Assembly (NCBI GenBank): GCA_964467775.1
Contig: CAYXUD010000080.1
Coordinates: forward strand, 1,586 to 65,585
Source: an uncultured Bacteroides sp.
GTDB taxonomy: Bacteria > Bacteroidota > Bacteroidia > Bacteroidales > GCA-2748055
Direction: 5' to 3'
Length of the DNA stretch: 64,000 bases
In this document: positions 9,112 through 18,368 of the stretch, piece after piece
Numbering within the stretch: position 1 is the first letter of the stretch
How the letters are laid out: every line of letters starts with the position of its first letter
Made by a program: the position numbers and the translations under genes
The notes under the pieces: generated by a model
What the model was told of the DNA's origin: nothing
What the model saw: the letters and a program-made list of their open reading frames with translations, nothing else
Database searches by the model: none

Positions 9112-9707
9112 ATGAAAAAAGAAAAAATTTATCCTGATTCAGAAGTCGAGCTAAATCCATCATCCAGGCCATCAAGGATATGCATATCCAGCCAAATGAC
9201 CATATTCTCGATCTGGGATGAGGGACCGGGCACAATACCAATTTAATGGCTTCCTATTTAAACGAAATGGGAACTATCCTTGGTTTGGATATTTCTGAGG
9301 AGATGGCTCTTCAGTTCCAAGCCCGGTTTTCTGAGGATAGTCGCATCAGATTTCAACCTCAGCGTGTTGATCTTCCATTTCAATTAGATAAGAAATTTGA
9401 TTAGGTATTTATAGGGTTTGTGATCCACGGATTTCCACATAATGTTCGTCATTCTGTGATTGAGAACGCATATAACCATCTTGAAGCAGGCGGAGCATTC
9501 TATATACTCGATTATGTTGAATTTGATTTGAATTCTATACCATTCCACCATCGCGCAATCTTCAAAGCAATCGAATGTAAATATGCTTTCGATTATATCG
9601 GGCATGAATGAGAATCCATTTTAAAGGAAAAAGGATTAAATGAATTCACCGAGCATTTTTATCTAAAAAACTACGTGAGGTTGCTGAAAGCAGTAAAACA
9701 GAACTGA
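9112..9707 (+). pseudogene. class I SAM-dependent methyltransferase, decayed (three in-frame stops plus an N-terminal frameshift)
   Basis: One frame reads ...IIQAIKDMHIQPNDHILDLG*GTGHNTNLMASYLNEMGTILGLDISEEMA...DKKFD*VFIGFVIHGFPHN...LEAGGAFYILDY...YIGHE*ESILKEKGLNEF...KQN*. In-frame stops are TGA 9219, TAG 9402 and TGA 9609. The LDLGxGTG motif I is interrupted. The only upstream ATG (9112) is in another frame. Confidence 0.75.
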
Positions 9708-9720
9708 TGGAACACTACCC

Positions 9721-10575
9721 TTATTTTACTGTTCCTCGTTTGACTACAAAATCGCCGGTCTGTGTGCCTGTTTTTTCTGCTATCAGATCACACTTGGTGA
9801 CAAACAGAAAATAGACATGATCATGGGGCACATCGATCAATCCCTCCAGGTTACCCTGACCTTTGGAAATAACTACATCTGCATTTATAAAATGATCTTT
9901 AAAATCCTTGGAAGAAGACTCCCACACGGCCCCAGGGGAGTCATCCCCTGTGGTAATCACGGTAGCTATATTATCTATGCCTGTCATCTGTGCATCATCA
10001 AGCGTAACATCATTTATCACAGGACTTTCCCGGACCACAAAATACTTCTGAGGTACATTAATTGACTCTAAGAATAGCTTGTCCAGAACAATCTCCCCGC
10101 AGTTGTCACCAATATAGAGCAGGGTGTCTGCATGTTTCAGGTCATGACGCAGTTCCGGGGAATGATCAATAGCCAGTTCATGGTTCATCACCTGGTTGAT
10201 CTTGGACTTTATATCAAACTGGTATTTCGCTCCAAAATCGATCACATTTCCTGCAATGGCAAGACGGATGGCTGTATCAAATGAATCGTCTGAACTGTCC
10301 ACCATTTCCTTAAAAGAAGGGTACAATTCCAGCATCATGTGGTTATATTTCTGCTTAAGTTGATGATAGGGATCAGGGTTTTGCAAAGAGGCACGAATCA
10401 TTCTCTGTAACGTTCGCCCCAGCATGGGCGGGGATTGATCGTAATTACTCCGGGACAAATATTTTAACAATTGACGTAAAATAATTTCCTGCCGAGGCTG
10501 GGGTATGACATCTGTTTCAATCAGTCTCAGATAGTTGTTAATAATGCAGGGTATACACTCAAATTGAGTCTTCAT
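9721..10575 (-). CDS. DUF89 / ARMT1-like damage-control phosphatase family protein
   Basis: 284 aa. N-terminal CIPC, IGDNCGEIVLDKLF and ISKGQGNLEG match the conserved DUF89 (PF01937) motifs. Confidence 0.75.
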   Translation of the reverse strand: MKTQFECIPCIINNYLRLIETDVIPQPRQEIILRQLLKYLSRSNYDQSPPMLGRTLQRMIRASLQNPDPYHQLKQKYNHMMLELYPSFKEMVDSSDDSFDTAIRLAIAGNVIDFGAKYQFDIKSKINQVMNHELAIDHSPELRHDLKHADTLLYIGDNCGEIVLDKLFLESINVPQKYFVVRESPVINDVTLDDAQMTGIDNIATVITTGDDSPGAVWESSSKDFKDHFINADVVISKGQGNLEGLIDVPHDHVYFLFVTKCDLIAEKTGTQTGDFVVKRGTVK

Positions 10576-10585
10576 GTATGCGTTA

Positions 10586-11800
10586 CTATTTTTTACAGTT
10601 CAGTTTGTAAATAAAAAAAAGCGAGAGCAGAATAATAGACACAAACAAAATAAAAAATAACAGATATCCAGACCGCTCAATGATCCATCCTCCCAGTAAT
10701 GGGAATAGGGCCGGGATAATATTCCCTGTTCCTGCAATCCCGGTATACAAGGTCCTGTTCTCTGTACCCGATATCTCCAGTAATACCCCATTCATGGAAA
10801 TACTATACATTGAAAAGATTACGCCTCCTGCTAAAAAAATAAGCGTGAATGGGGGCACACCAGGTGATAACAAGAGGATCAGGGGGACTGATACAACTAA
10901 AAATACATTACCGTAAAGCAAATAACGATATTTGAACTTTTTATTGATCAGAAAAAGGATAAAACCTATGACAACACTTCCTATTACTTTATAAAGGAGA
11001 AACAAACCGGTGTCATGACTTTGGGTATGATGCACCTCCTTGGCATACAGCATAATAAAAGGTAAAAGGGTAATGCTGATTCCCATGGTATTGATGAATC
11101 CAAGAAAATATACCAACTTGTTATTATGGGCTAATTCAGCTTTGATTAAAGAGAGGAAATGACGGGGATTTTTTACAATCATTCTTGAAGACTTGTGTTC
11201 TTTCAGTTTCCAGAATCCGATTGATGCGATCAGAAGAGCCAGAAAGCCGATCATAAACATGGTTGCATAGTTAACAGGATAGTCATTAAGTGTAATCACT
11301 TTTTTGGCAAGCAAAGCAGAAAAGAAGAGTACTACCCCCCCAACAACCTGTTTAATTGAAAAAAATGATTTTCTCAAAGATTGATCCACTGATTTACCAA
11401 TAATATCGGTATAGCTAACATTGGCAAAAGCACCACCAAGTGAAAAGAATGTGATAAGCAAAAATATCAACCAGATCGTGTGGCTGCCTGTGACTGAGAA
11501 ATAGAGCATGATACTCATGAACAGCAGTGAAATGATCCTGGCATTAATGCCCATCAGCAGGAATTTCTTCTTATAAGGTCGATTGCTAATAAATGGAGCA
11601 AATATTAATTGAGTAAAACTGGAACCACCCAGCATGATGGCAGTCATCAAACCAATGTGAAATCCATTCCCGCCAGCCTCCACAATCATGGCGGGGATAA
11701 CCGTATCAACATCCATAAAATTTTGGGCCAGTGCCAGAAAAGAAGCATGCCAGAGGAAGGAATGATAATTATGTCTGGATATACTTGGAGTGAGCTTCAA
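10586..11800 (-). CDS. MFS transporter
   Basis: 404 aa, about 12 hydrophobic segments, two-halves architecture with a central basic loop (KEHKSSRMIVKNPRH). Confidence 0.75.
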   Translation of the reverse strand: MKLTPSISRHNYHSFLWHASFLALAQNFMDVDTVIPAMIVEAGGNGFHIGLMTAIMLGGSSFTQLIFAPFISNRPYKKKFLLMGINARIISLLFMSIMLYFSVTGSHTIWLIFLLITFFSLGGAFANVSYTDIIGKSVDQSLRKSFFSIKQVVGGVVLFFSALLAKKVITLNDYPVNYATMFMIGFLALLIASIGFWKLKEHKSSRMIVKNPRHFLSLIKAELAHNNKLVYFLGFINTMGISITLLPFIMLYAKEVHHTQSHDTGLFLLYKVIGSVVIGFILFLINKKFKYRYLLYGNVFLVVSVPLILLLSPGVPPFTLIFLAGGVIFSMYSISMNGVLLEISGTENRTLYTGIAGTGNIIPALFPLLGGWIIERSGYLLFFILFVSIILLSLFFIYKLNCKK

Positions 11801-11809
11801 AGTACAGTA

Positions 11810-12116
11810 TTAATCATATAGTAATCTGGTTTTTTCGTTGGCCAGGATTGGATTAATTAAACCTGAAAGGTCCAGAGATTCCCACGTTCCAAGTTTGGTA
11901 TGTATGGCATAGTATTTTTGCGGGATTGGATGGGATCGAACGATTGCTTTCATACCATATTTTTCCCGAATCAGATCCTGAAAATGCCTGATATTCATCT
12001 GTTGTGCAGATATCAAACGTGGCCTCCCTATTATGAAGGGCTCGGAAACATTTACCTCCACCACAGTAGCGATAACGGTCACAAATAATGATTCCGATCT
12101 TAGTTATTGTCGTCAT
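11810..12116 (-). pseudogene. CGGC-domain-like small protein, probably degenerate (two overlapping frames)
   Basis: Frame 1 (11853..12116) starts MTTITKIGIIICDRYRYCGGGKCFRALHNRE, which resembles the CGGC-domain N-terminus. Frame 2 (11810..12082) ends ...DLIREKYGMKAIVRSHP, which resembles the domain C-terminus. The central CGGC motif is missing. Confidence 0.3.
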
Positions 12117-12126
12117 GTCTTGAAAC

Positions 12127-12504
12127 TTAATTACTCTGCTTTACTTCAAACATATTACCGCTATGATCCGAGATAAATATCAGATCGGAATTGTGTCTTT
12201 TTAAGCGAATACACTTATATGAATGTTGAGTTGCTCTCTTAACAATTTCTTCCCTATGGGAGGTCGAAATGCATATATGATTAAAGCCATGATGATGTTG
12301 TTCCGGCGTCAAAAATATTTCCAGTAACAGTTTATCTTTTTGCAACAGAAAGATTTTCGTTTCTTCCTCAATACCAAAAATATTCCTGGCAAGATCCTTA
12401 TCAAGAATAAAACTTCTTATCTCAATCATTCCTAAAATTTCATGATAGAACTGTTTGATCTCATTATAGTCCGTAATAGTCAACGCAATATGTTCTAATT
12501 TCAT
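12127..12504 (-). CDS. VOC (glyoxalase/bleomycin-resistance/dioxygenase) family protein
   Basis: MKLEHIALTITDYNEIKQFYHEILGM...HHGFNHICI...DHSGNMFEV shows the typical VOC beta-alpha-beta-beta-beta pattern. Start chosen at ATG 12504, directly after the upstream stop (12506-12508). Confidence 0.65.
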   Translation of the reverse strand: MKLEHIALTITDYNEIKQFYHEILGMIEIRSFILDKDLARNIFGIEEETKIFLLQKDKLLLEIFLTPEQHHHGFNHICISTSHREEIVKRATQHSYKCIRLKRHNSDLIFISDHSGNMFEVKQSN

Positions 12505-12505
12505 T

Positions 12506-14365
12506 TTATAATTCTTTTGCAAGTTCGTATGCCCCATGAATTGCATCCTGGGCGTTACCGGGATGCCTGGCATCACCGATCACATAAACTGGCAATTTGC
12601 CCGTGAGCTCTTTTTCAAGGGGATTATAACTTTTCATGCCAGCTGAAACAACAACAACATCTATGTTTTCAAATTGGATTTTTTCTCCATCTTTTTCCGC
12701 GAAAACCGTTTTGTCTTCAATTCTCTTTATAGAAGTATGATCACTAAAAATTGTCCCCTTTTCCTCCATTATTTTTAAGGATAAATTCTTTGCAATCATT
12801 TCCATATCCTCTCCAAAATCCGTGGTTCTTTTGACTATAATAACCTGGTTATCCAATGGAATTAATGCTGTGGCTATATCAACCCCAATAAGGCCGCCCC
12901 CAATGATCAATACTCTTTTGTTTCTTGGAAGATTCTTTTCCAAAAGTATTTCTGCACCATAGAATTTATCCATTCCCGGAATTTTAAGTACTGCCGGTTT
13001 AGAACCTGTTGCTAATATCAGACCATCATATTTAGATATAATATCTGATATTGTAGCCTCTTTGAAAATTACGCTTATATCATTATTTATTAGCTCCTCA
13101 ATAAAATATGGCACCAACAGTGCCATTGATTTTTTATGTGGAGTTAAAGGTGCTAAATTGAATTGCCCGCCTAATTTATCTTTTTCATAAAGGTCAACTG
13201 TATGTCCGCGTTTCCTCAGGATAATGGCAGCCTCCATACCTGCCAATCCACCACCAACAACTGCAAATTTTTTAGGATGCCTTGTTTTTCTTATAATATC
13301 TGACTCCTTACCAACTTCAGGATTTACAAGGCATTGAAGTCCATGACCCGATTTAACTCCGCCCAGACAACCTTCTGCACAGGCCAGACAGGGTGCTATA
13401 TTGCGTCCTACCGTTCCAAGATATTTCCCTGTGAAATCCGGGTCGGCAATTAAAGATCGTCCAATAGCAAGATATTCTGCTTTGTGTTCATTAAACAGCG
13501 CATCTATGTCATCTTTTGTATTGATCCTTCCAACGTAAATCACCGGTATATCAATTTCTCTGCGGATGGTATCTGCAAAATCCCATGTTTTTCCTTTCGA
13601 AACAAACATGTGCTGAAAGAACCATGGGGGTGTTGTACAAACAGATCCGGCGGAGACGTGAATGGCTGCTGCTCCATTCTTCTCCATAATTCGTGCAAAA
13701 TGAATCATTTCATCGATATGAAAACCTTTAGGGGTCATTTCATCTCCGCTGATTCGTATAATTACCGGGATATCAACAGCACTTATTACGGCCTGGACCA
13801 CCTCCAGTGGAAATCGGTATCTGTTTTCAAAGTCTCCTCCATATTCATCCGTACGATTGTTGACCTGAGGTGATAAAAATTGAGCTAACAAATAACCATG
13901 TCCAAGTTGAAGTTCGATCAAATCAAAACCTGAAATAACAACCCTCCTGGCTGCATCTTTGAAAAGTTGAATGACCCTGTTCATCATTCTCCTGTCCATT
14001 TTTTCAGGCACAGCTCCTCCATTTTCGCAAGCCCGGGTAGTTGATGACCAGAAGTAATTTTCGGGTATCATCGGATTGGCCATTCTCCCCGGATGGTTTA
14101 AATGGGCAATGGCTTTGGCTCCATGCCGATGAATGATGTCTGTAAGCTTACGAATACCTTCAATTTTATCATCATTATCAATACCCAGTTGGGTTGGTAA
14201 CTCCCTCAAACCCTCATCTATATAAAAAGGTTCGGGGATCATGGCTCCGATATTCTGGTTTCTCCGGTTGTAAAATTGCAGATGCCTGTCAGTTACCACT
14301 CCCGTCCCATCACTGTAGCCAAGCTTGACTGGAGCTAAAATGAATCTATTTTTTAATTCTATCAT
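12506..14365 (-). CDS. NADH:flavin oxidoreductase (Old Yellow Enzyme domain) fused to an FAD/NAD(P)-binding domain (2,4-dienoyl-CoA reductase-like)
   Basis: 619 aa. The OYE TIM-barrel part carries HLNHPGR, ELQLGHGYLLAQFLSP and a Cys cluster (CLACAEGC). This is followed by a Rossmann GxGxxG (VVGGGLAGMEAA) and a second IIGGGLIGVD. Confidence 0.8.
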   Translation of the reverse strand: MIELKNRFILAPVKLGYSDGTGVVTDRHLQFYNRRNQNIGAMIPEPFYIDEGLRELPTQLGIDNDDKIEGIRKLTDIIHRHGAKAIAHLNHPGRMANPMIPENYFWSSTTRACENGGAVPEKMDRRMMNRVIQLFKDAARRVVISGFDLIELQLGHGYLLAQFLSPQVNNRTDEYGGDFENRYRFPLEVVQAVISAVDIPVIIRISGDEMTPKGFHIDEMIHFARIMEKNGAAAIHVSAGSVCTTPPWFFQHMFVSKGKTWDFADTIRREIDIPVIYVGRINTKDDIDALFNEHKAEYLAIGRSLIADPDFTGKYLGTVGRNIAPCLACAEGCLGGVKSGHGLQCLVNPEVGKESDIIRKTRHPKKFAVVGGGLAGMEAAIILRKRGHTVDLYEKDKLGGQFNLAPLTPHKKSMALLVPYFIEELINNDISVIFKEATISDIISKYDGLILATGSKPAVLKIPGMDKFYGAEILLEKNLPRNKRVLIIGGGLIGVDIATALIPLDNQVIIVKRTTDFGEDMEMIAKNLSLKIMEEKGTIFSDHTSIKRIEDKTVFAEKDGEKIQFENIDVVVVSAGMKSYNPLEKELTGKLPVYVIGDARHPGNAQDAIHGAYELAKEL

Positions 14366-14484
14366 CCTGCAATTGTTTTTTATAATCTCATTACATATCC
14401 TGCTAATCCGACTATAAAAGCAACAATGCTTTCTAAGGAAGCCAATGTACTCGCAGTATTTAAATGAAAATCAAGCAATAAGAA

Positions 14485-14712
14485 CTATGTCTTATCCTTG
14501 ACCATCTCTTCCCTGATCATGGTATGTCCACATTCGGGACATTTTAGGGTAGTGCATTTTACCCCTCTCCTGTGTGGAATTTTTTCGCCACACTTTGTGC
14601 AAATACAAAACCCACCTGTTCCATAAGAACCACCTTTATTCCGGCCTTGCCCTGTACCAGGGCCGGATCCTTTATCCTGGCCCATATGCATACCTTTTCC
14701 AGATTTGTTCAT
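14485..14712 (-). CDS. small Gly-rich zinc-ribbon protein
   Basis: 75 aa with a Gly-rich N-terminus and two CxxC pairs (CTKCG...CPECG). Confidence 0.5.
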   Translation of the reverse strand: MNKSGKGMHMGQDKGSGPGTGQGRNKGGSYGTGGFCICTKCGEKIPHRRGVKCTTLKCPECGHTMIREEMVKDKT

Positions 14713-14783
14713 AATATCTGAATTTTATTACTTACCCAAAAGAAACAGGCTATTGTTAGCGCAACCTATATCTTTTGTTTCAA

Positions 14784-15089
14784 TTACTTCTTTTCGGTGT
14801 TTGAGAGCCGATCTTCAAGTGCGGACAACTTGTCTTTGAGAATCCTGATCTCGTTTTCAATTAAAGTCTTTTCAGATACATCAGTGACATTTCCATGGTA
14901 ATAATTTCCATAGCCATACCTGACCCCCCCACCATAACCAGGGCCACCATGAAATCGCCTTCTATATCCTCTTCCCCAATTCGATTGCGAGGTCATATAA
15001 CCAGGTTGATCATTGCCCGTACAATATCCCATCCCTCTTCCTGTTTTAGGTCCTTCACCCGATGGACCTGTTCTGTCACCTCTTGGCAT
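14784..15089 (-). CDS. DUF5320 domain protein
   Basis: 101 aa. MPRGDRTGPSGEGPKTGRGMGYCTG with a Gly/Tyr-rich middle and a C-terminal coiled coil (ENEIRILKDKLSALEDRL) is the characteristic DUF5320 layout. Confidence 0.7.
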   Translation of the reverse strand: MPRGDRTGPSGEGPKTGRGMGYCTGNDQPGYMTSQSNWGRGYRRRFHGGPGYGGGVRYGYGNYYHGNVTDVSEKTLIENEIRILKDKLSALEDRLSNTEKK

Positions 15090-15113
15090 AATTACCTCCT
15101 TTTTTATGATGTG

Positions 15114-15545
15114 TTAAATGCAGCATTTTCCATGGCCAAAATTTCCAGCCAAATTCATGATATTTTTTGAATGACATTCGGGACATTCTCTGATATTTTC
15201 TTTAAAATTTATTTTAAACATATGCCCACAATTTTTGCATTGGATGATATTAACTCTGAAATGCACAGTACCCCCTTCAATTGTAAGCAGCCTTCCCTGG
15301 ATAATGAAATCAGCAATTTTTTTCCTTGCCTTTTCAATCAACCGGGAAAAGGTAGATCGGGAAATTTCCATTTCATCAGCCGCTAAAGCATGTGAAAAGC
15401 CCAATTGATCAGCCAGTCGAAAGGCTTCAAATTCATCAAGTGTCAAAATAATCGGTTTCAGATTATGTCCTCTTACCCCGATTGGTTTAAAATCGGAAAA
15501 CAGAGGTGGCTCATATACGATTCTATTATACTGTGGTCTTGGCAT
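15114..15545 (-). CDS. DUF134 (UPF0251) putative DNA-binding protein with C-terminal zinc ribbon
   Basis: MPRPQYNRIV...KPIG...LTLDEFEAFRLADQLGFSHALAADEMEISRSTFSRLIEKARKKIA is the DUF134 HTH core. The C-terminus has CKNCG...CPECH. Start set at ATG 15545. Confidence 0.75.
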   Translation of the reverse strand: MPRPQYNRIVYEPPLFSDFKPIGVRGHNLKPIILTLDEFEAFRLADQLGFSHALAADEMEISRSTFSRLIEKARKKIADFIIQGRLLTIEGGTVHFRVNIIQCKNCGHMFKINFKENIRECPECHSKNIMNLAGNFGHGKCCI

Positions 15546-15664
15546 AATGTATATATTATTACAAATATAATGCACATATGTGCATTATACAAATTATTTT
15601 CCTTAGTTTTGAACAACAGTTTTCATATGATAACAATATATGTAACCCTATAAAATATGACAGT

Positions 15665-16003
15665 ATGTGGATAGAAGTTCTAAAATCAAAAATACACCGG
15701 GCAAAGGTAACCGGCGCTGATTTGAATTATTCAGGAAGTATAACTATAGATGAAGCCTGGATGCAAAAAGCTGATTTAGTCGAATTTGAAAAAGTGCAAG
15801 TATTGAATATTAATAATGGTGAACGGTTTGAAACATATGTTATAAAAGGTCGAATGAACAGCAAGGAAATCATATTAAACGGTGCTGCCGCCAGGAAAGT
15901 TCAGGTAGGAGACCTTGTCATTATTTTATCGTATACATGGATTGATAAAAAAGAGTATGATCGGTATAATCCTGTGATTTTTATTGCAGACGTGTCATCA
16001 TGA
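15665..16003 (+). CDS. panD: aspartate 1-decarboxylase
   Basis: [33 protein letters not shown]...[11 protein letters not shown]...[19 protein letters not shown] is a near-consensus PanD, including the G-S self-cleavage site. Start at ATG 15665. Confidence 0.9.
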   Translation: MWIEVLKSKIHRAKVTGADLNYSGSITIDEAWMQKADLVEFEKVQVLNINNGERFETYVIKGRMNSKEIILNGAAARKVQVGDLVIILSYTWIDKKEYDRYNPVIFIADVSS

Positions 16004-16261
16004 AATTATTTCAGCCTGTCCGCCTAATAATACCGCTTCATAGGACAAAATGTCTTTAATTCTTTGTGTTTCTCAATGGTTATAAATTCATAATGTGTGC
16101 TTCAATTGATATGAGCCAGCTTTTAAAATTAATCTGTCAGAAATACAATAAAAATATCTGACAAAAGTAACGGGATTTTCAAGCTATTCAATCCAATCCT
16201 TTATCTTAGTCATAGTTTGAAGTTTAAAATCGATAAAAACTTCATTATTAAATATTTTTTT

Positions 16262-16723
16262 ATGGATCGCAGAGAGATGTTACAGAAATCAGCAGTGCTG
16301 GTGGGATCAATGTGCCTCTGCAGGAGTGTTTCTGCAGATGATCCGCCTGAATCAACCTGCTGTATCACCCCTGAAATTGAACAAGAATGCCTGACCTTCA
16401 AAGAGAATGGGATCATTATAGATCTCAGGAAGACTGAAACGCTTGAAAGGAACGGTCAGGCTGTATATGTTGACTACCCGGATAAAGATCTTAAGATGAT
16501 CGTGGTCCGGGTGAAAAGAAACAGGTATCATGCCCTGTCCAGGTTATGCACACACGGAGGGCAGGCACTCAGCTATGTAACGGAAAGGAAATTGTTACAG
16601 TGTAACAGTTTTAACCATTCTCTTTTCAATCTGGATGGAACTGTCTTTAAAGGGCCGGCACCTGAGCCAATACGTTCATTTAAAACCATCCTCGAAGATG
16701 AAAGGCTTGAAATCCTGATTTAA
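16262..16723 (+). CDS. Rieske-like (2Fe-2S) domain protein with Tat-like signal
   Basis: MDRREMLQKSAVLVGS resembles a twin-arginine leader. CTHGG-x15-CNSFNH followed by FNLDGTVFKGPAPEPIRSF resembles a Rieske fold, but the second motif is Cx4H rather than CxxH. Confidence 0.55.
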   Translation: MDRREMLQKSAVLVGSMCLCRSVSADDPPESTCCITPEIEQECLTFKENGIIIDLRKTETLERNGQAVYVDYPDKDLKMIVVRVKRNRYHALSRLCTHGGQALSYVTERKLLQCNSFNHSLFNLDGTVFKGPAPEPIRSFKTILEDERLEILI

Positions 16724-16736
16724 ATCCTGGACGGAT

Positions 16737-17534
16737 ATGAAAAAGGCAATATTCATTTTGTTTTTTCTTATTCTTTCGGGATTCTTCCTCTCGATGAAAA
16801 ATTCCGGATTTAATCTATGGGTCAACCCTGTTGATCACATGAAATTTGTATGGGTGCCTCCGGGAAAGATAACAGTGGAGGAACCTGTTGAACTGGGAGA
16901 CAGCACCATCTATAAGCCTAAGGATATTCATTTTTCACAAGGATTCTGGATGGGGCAGACTGAAGTGACTGTCAGGCAGTTCGGCAAATTCGTGAAAGTA
17001 ACCGGATACAGGACCGATGCTGAAAGAACGGGTGATCATTTTACCTGGAAAAATCCGGGCTTCAGACAATCGGGGAATCACCCGGTAGTATTTATCAGCT
17101 ATTCAGATGCTGAAGCTTATGCAGAATGGGCAGGAGTTGAAATCCCATTCGAGTCGGAATGGCTTTATGCCTGCCTGGGGGGGACCCATACAAAGTTCTA
17201 TTGGGGTGATGAGTTCGATTATGACCGTGTGTGGTGCCGGGAAAACTCAGTTACCGGAACAAAACCTGTGGCTCATAAACCCCCCAATCCTTATAGACTG
17301 TACGATATGGTTGGGAACGTCTGGGAATATATCAGGGTTTGCGACAGTATTGTTGCACTGCGCGGGGGCTCCTGGACCCGTTGTAATAAAGCAAAAGCAT
17401 GGTGGGGGCCGGTTTACAGCGATGTTTTTTCAGGAGCTGTAAAACCAACCCTCAGCAAATGTGAAGAATCTATTTTTCAGCCCTTTAACAGGGATGATGA
17501 CAGGGGTTTCAGGTGTATCAAACGAACGGATTGA
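16737..17534 (+). CDS. formylglycine-generating enzyme (FGE/SUMF1) family protein
   Basis: GFWMGQTEVTVRQF, NHPVVFISYSDAEAYAEWAG, ESEWLYAC, YDMVGNVWEY and LRGGSW are canonical FGE-sulfatase domain motifs. Confidence 0.85.
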   Translation: MKKAIFILFFLILSGFFLSMKNSGFNLWVNPVDHMKFVWVPPGKITVEEPVELGDSTIYKPKDIHFSQGFWMGQTEVTVRQFGKFVKVTGYRTDAERTGDHFTWKNPGFRQSGNHPVVFISYSDAEAYAEWAGVEIPFESEWLYACLGGTHTKFYWGDEFDYDRVWCRENSVTGTKPVAHKPPNPYRLYDMVGNVWEYIRVCDSIVALRGGSWTRCNKAKAWWGPVYSDVFSGAVKPTLSKCEESIFQPFNRDDDRGFRCIKRTD

Positions 17535-17539
17535 TACAC

Positions 17540-17750
17540 CAGGGAAAATACGGCGAGGTTCATTCCATGCTCAATAAAAGTATTTCATCCCTGTACGTGG
17601 GAATTGCCATGGAAAAAGGTATCATCAAGGGTACAGAACAGTTCCCAGGGGGAAAGAGGTGAACTGGTACTCGGCCAGCGGATGGGGAGGACAGAAAATG
17701 ATTGTGTTACCCGGACTCAATACGGTTCTGGTTTTCACCTGCCGACCCAT
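17540..17750 (+). pseudogene. serine-hydrolase/beta-lactamase-family-like remnant (two frames)
   Basis: Frame A reads QGKYGEVHSMLNKSISSLYVGIAMEKGIIKG*, which resembles the active-site helix region. Frame B reads VNWYSASGWGGQKMIVLPGLNTVLVFT, which resembles the C-terminal strand. The middle ~250 codons are missing. Confidence 0.3.
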
Positions 17751-18368
17751 CGTCCGAACAGTACGTCATGTATTCCATAATACGGATTACCGTCGCTATC
17801 GATCTCACGATTGTTCAATTCCATTTTCAGCAGGGAATGGAGGGAACGGAGGACCGTGGCAGAATTTCCAAGCTGATGCCTGGCGATAAAATCGGACGAG
17901 GTGGGGTGGTATACATGGCCCGCGACTGCAACCGCCTTTAAAGTTCCCATTGGCGTTTTGTCAGCATCTCCCGGCAGCCGAAAAAAACAAACTCCTGTTT
18001 TCATGAATTGCATGCTCCTGTACCACGGGCTTACCCTGTTCTTCCAGAATGAGGAATAATTCGGCAATTGTTTTTCTGCTTTCATCCGGGGTCGTTTTAA
18101 TACTTATCAGGAGCGCTCCGCTCAGCGCATCGTAACTTATGACAGGACGAAGTGACCTGATCAATTGCCAACCCTTTTTACCCAATGTGCTTTTTTCGGA
18201 GTATTCGGAAGTAATTGCGGTAGAAAGCTGGTTCAGCATATCGCTGATGGATTCGGTCGGCAGTATATCCAGGTATATGATGATGTACTTCGACCTAAGG
18301 TGGTGAAAGAGATGCCTGATCAGCGCAGTTTTGCCCAACCTTTTTTCATAACCATGAAGGTTATCCAC
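17735..18368 (-). pseudogene. AAA ATPase (Arch_ATPase/DUF234-type) remnant, frameshifted and truncated
   Basis: ORF 17961..18368 carries a Walker-A-like RLGKTALIRHLF. ORF 17735..18085, in another frame, carries a DUF234-like C-terminus (...HVYHPTSSDFIARHQLGNSATVLRSLHSLLKMEL...YGIHDVLFGRWV). The total is about half the normal length. Confidence 0.5.

Noticed and set aside
9219-9611. In-frame TGA codons in the methyltransferase as evidence of an alternative genetic code (TGA read as Gly or Trp).
   Set aside because: A TAG also interrupts the same frame. TGA is clearly used as a terminator by well-supported neighbouring genes (for example 24938..26149 and 53322..54020). The N-terminus is frameshifted as well.
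15578-15664. Track-predicted upstream extensions of panD (15578), VOC (12576), DUF134 (15575), MATE (56416), FKBP (54053), fasciclin (44726) and acid phosphatase (51213).
   Set aside because: The family-consensus N-termini or signal peptides begin at internal Met codons. The extensions overlap neighbouring genes or promoter-like AT-rich DNA.
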